64,000 nt of DNA from Phoronis australis (lineage: Eukaryota > Animalia > Phoronida): the NCBI GenBank assembly GCA_002633005.1, contig NMRA01000146.1, forward strand, positions 757,834 through 821,833, in the 5' to 3' direction. Shown one piece after another: positions 60,601 to 64,000 of the stretch. The notes under the pieces are model-generated. The model did not search any database and was not told the DNA's origin. It saw nothing but the letters and a program-made list of their open reading frames with translations. How positions within the stretch are numbered: position 1 is the stretch's first letter; each line of letters begins with the position of its first letter. The position numbers and the translations under genes were made by a program.

Positions 60601-63205
60601 TCAATGCAACCTTTTGTTGTTTGGGCTGGGATCTCGCGGTGACGCAACATGGCGCGAAAAGGCAGCATCACTCATTTGACGGGCTTACATTTGTGTGATT
60701 GAACTCGCGTTTTTTTTTTTACTAGGGCTTTGCTAGGCCTATCTGGTGAGCTAAAATAACCAAATACCGAAGAAGTAAGGCTTTAAGACTCTCCAAGTCT
60801 AGTTTGTATATTAACGTGCAATAACGTGGAGCAAATTTGTGGCATGTCAGGAGGCGGGATGTTGGCGGCGGGGATTTTTTCTATTGAACTGTTGCCTTTA
60901 TGCAGTGTGTACGATATAGAGTTTCAGTCATAAGTACCTCTGATGACGGAAAACTTAAAACAAATCCAGGTAATACTGCTACATGTATTGTCCTGCAATG
61001 CTCATTAGTTGTCTCACAAATCCTTCAAATGCATTTCACCATGCGTTTTATCACAACGTTACCATCCTCTAAATACTCTTTCTTTCCAAACACTTAGAAA
61101 ACTTAAAATCATCATTTGATTAGTAGTAAACATAAAATGGACCATTTATTTGTAATTAAATTTAGACATATGGGTGGTGTTGCGATTTTCGAAGTATATT
61201 TTTAAGACCATTTTATCTCGCTGTTTTCGTTAAAAGTAATCGATAGGTTTTAAATATGCATGTTAGATTGTTTCATTCAATATTTTATGAACAATGACAG
61301 AATGTACATGAGCTTTGAATTCCAACATTGTCAATGTATCCCTTTTGACAAACTACTAAAAAATTAAACCTGGGACATTTGAACAGATTTCCTACATGTA
61401 TTAATAAGGTGAAAAATGTCGAAATAAAATTGACAGGTGACATCAGACACCGATTGTATTTTAGCGCTTTTAAAGCCCAGTTGCCCGTTCTAAAATGGCT
61501 TTTCATGTCTGTTTAAACTCATAGATCTTAAGTTTGACTTAAGTTATGTCTTAATTTCGATTAACTTACTGGATAATGAAGTTTCAAAATATTAAAAACA
61601 AATCTTAGATAGCATTCAAAAATGAACTTAAATCAGTTACTTAGAACGGGATACTGAGTTTTGTGACTATTATATTCTTCTAACCTCATCTTTCAAATGG
61701 TTGTTCTCATTAACTGCATACTATTCTCGTAACTGAACTGCAATTCATTGCTCCTGGAGCGCTATATATCTCAGTGAAGGTACAAACTGCACGTCAGTTT
61801 GCTTTGTAATTGGACACTGTATCTGACGTCTTTTCTCTACTAACAAACAGATGTGCCGTTGACGAGGGAGATAACGTATTCCATAGAAGTAGCTCATTAG
61901 GACTGCCTGTTCGATTACCCTAGCGGTACGCGAATGTGCATAGTTGGTAGCGGGATGGCTAAACTGGGCTAATCTTTCTGTCGTTAGGTGTCAAAGATGA
62001 AAGTGAAAATGACAATCACCCAGACAAGAAAAAAGGGACACACGTAAGATCCGTTACTGAAGGCACTGCGAGATGGAGAGTCTTCACGTCCGTTGGTGTC
62101 CTCCTGTTTGTCACCATACTTGTCATGTGCTACAAATTGAACACTAGTGACTATTCCTGATTTGATACGTGAGCCTGGCAAAAGCGACTGAACGTGCAGG
62201 GAGATAAACCTTCATGTGCCTGCCAACATGTACGTACATGTAATGGTTCATTCCGTGTGGACTATACGAAGATTCTTGAAAACAAAATAAGTCAACACAT
62301 ACTGAAATTGTTAAGCCAGATGCTCCTTTGAACATTAATTTGTCTTATTCTAGCTTTCTCGATTCTTCTGGTAGAAGATTTTTCTCTTCGACGTGGTCTG
62401 TTTCATACACATTTGCGTGTGTTTGGGGCTATACATACATACACTATCAATGTTTTAGTTTTTACTATGATTGTTCATTAGTGTTATATTTTGGTTGTGT
62501 TCAGAAGCTTTCAATCTATTTGAGCACTGTTTTGAGTCCATAGGAAGAGGAAAACATCACATGTCTCCAGTAGAGAAGAGGTCTAATATATCTATCATGT
62601 GGGGATAACTCCATAGACAGAAGTCTGGTAAAACAATACACTATATAACGATTAGTGCAATGTTTAGTTCTTGCCCAAATTGATACATGTGTGCTTGTTT
62701 TTCAATAGACTAAATTTATTTGTACTATTTATTTATTACCGTGAAATGTTAATAAATGAAAATCTCATCTTCTAAAAAATCCAATCCAATACTTTGTTTT
62801 GCTGGCAGCTGTTACCCGAATACAGTTAGTGTCTTGACCAGTAGGTGTCATAGTATGGCGGTGAATGTAACGTCGGACGTTGATCAGACCTCCCTCTCTT
62901 TAATGTTACGGTGCAGCCACGAACATAGCAACGGTTTGTTGAATCAAATAGACTGCTCCCACAACATTTACTCTCCACGATAATCCCCAAGGTCTGTGTT
63001 AAAGGTTTAAGATACATTTATTCATTTACGGCTAAACTCTTATATCGGAAAATTATAAATGACAGCCAGCTGAGCTTGAACCCCGTCCAACGACAATCAC
63101 CGCCATTAAGCCCACATCGCACTGATCTTGTGTGCCAATGCCGCTGAAAACTGAAAGTCCTTCGAATAAAAATTAGCGTAGTACTCAACCATAACCTAAC
63201 TTGAA

Positions 63206-63600
63206 TTGACACCACTGAGCTCTCTACCAGGTGGCACTTTTTATCCACGAAATCTGTTACGAGGCACTCAAGTACACAATGAGTTCATGTTCGACACGGA
63301 GGAACGAGATAGAGCACTGGACGAAATTATCACCGGTTTCGATAAATTTGCCATCGGAAATGTGAGCGAGACACACGAACGATATGCGTTTAACTGCACG
63401 ATACATCTACCTTACGAAACTTTTCAAAACTTTCACTCCGCAAGCAAAACTCTGAACAAAGCCTGTGAATATTGTACAGGCTGTGCGAACACTGTGATCC
63501 CAGGCAGGATCGTTCTGGGCACCTGTCTCTTCTTAAAGGGTTAAACCTTCGAAAATTTCATCGATTATATGAAGACTCTGCGTCTCAGTCAAACGCTATT
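63206..63600 (+). pseudogene. Gypsy-type gag fragment
   Basis: VHNEFMF...LDEIITGFDKFAIGNVSETHERYAFN...ETFQNF...LNKACEYC...RIVLG matches a Gypsy gag pattern; truncated copy at 9846-10200. Confidence 0.75.
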
Positions 63601-64000
63601 GGAACGATGCACATCACTGTGAACAAAGTGTTCAACGGCTGTGCTAAACACCCTCCCAGATAGTGCCTATTCCTTTGCTTACGACACGTCTTAATGTGTA
63701 ACAGAGAAAAATGCCCTTAGTGATAAAAGTATGTTCGGTGCACGCCCATTCGATACAATAATCGTCAATTTCTGTGTGACGTTACACATGCACGCACGCA
63801 AACACACACACAAACACACAGAAACACACACGAAAAAACAGTCACAGTTTGTAAGCCCTCTTTATTGTTCATTAATTGTGCTAGTAATATATGCATGTAT
63901 ATTAGAGTTTAACAGTCAGCAAAACCACCGTCGTACATTACGATTCTTGCATTTCTATTTTATGCTATTCATATCGGCATTCTCAGCCAAATATGTTCCT
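63304..64000 (+). repeat. Segmental duplicate of 9846-10570, running off the window
   Basis: Colinear similarity to the last base. Confidence 0.9.

Noticed and set aside
61984-62335. Possible FN3 or GPI-type exon (EGLSPCT; hydrophobic C-terminus) on -
   Set aside because: Motifs lie in different short frames and are too weak to support a call without a search.

Overview
AT-rich animal (probably marine invertebrate) genomic DNA dominated by nested transposable elements; I found no intact host gene, rRNA, tRNA or CRISPR array. Well supported: (1) a full-length but disabled BEL/Pao LTR retrotransposon on + (17368-28506, 216-bp LTRs, TSD ATCAT), interrupted by a near full-length LOA/R1-type LINE (19342-24509); (2) a second BEL/Pao on - (34604-41133, 425-bp LTRs, TSD TTATG); (3) a Penelope-like element (RT + GIY-YIG) with a minimal hammerhead ribozyme in both its sense and inverted pLTR, nested in a TTAA-flanked Sola3-like DNA transposon remnant; (4) MITE, foldback and Merlin-like elements, and THAP, SAP and Gypsy-gag fragments. 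Less certain: remnants of a tandemly duplicated minus-strand gene for an FN3-repeat single-pass membrane protein. Most novel-looking signals: the first BEL/Pao has no tRNA PBS but carries at that position a perfect 10-nt complement of a sequence inside its own LTR (Tf1-like self-priming geometry); an array of eight covarying stem-loops with a conserved ARNTG pentaloop; and an HDV-like ribozyme fold whose G1 coincides with the LINE 5' end. All family names come from reading motifs by eye, not from database searches.
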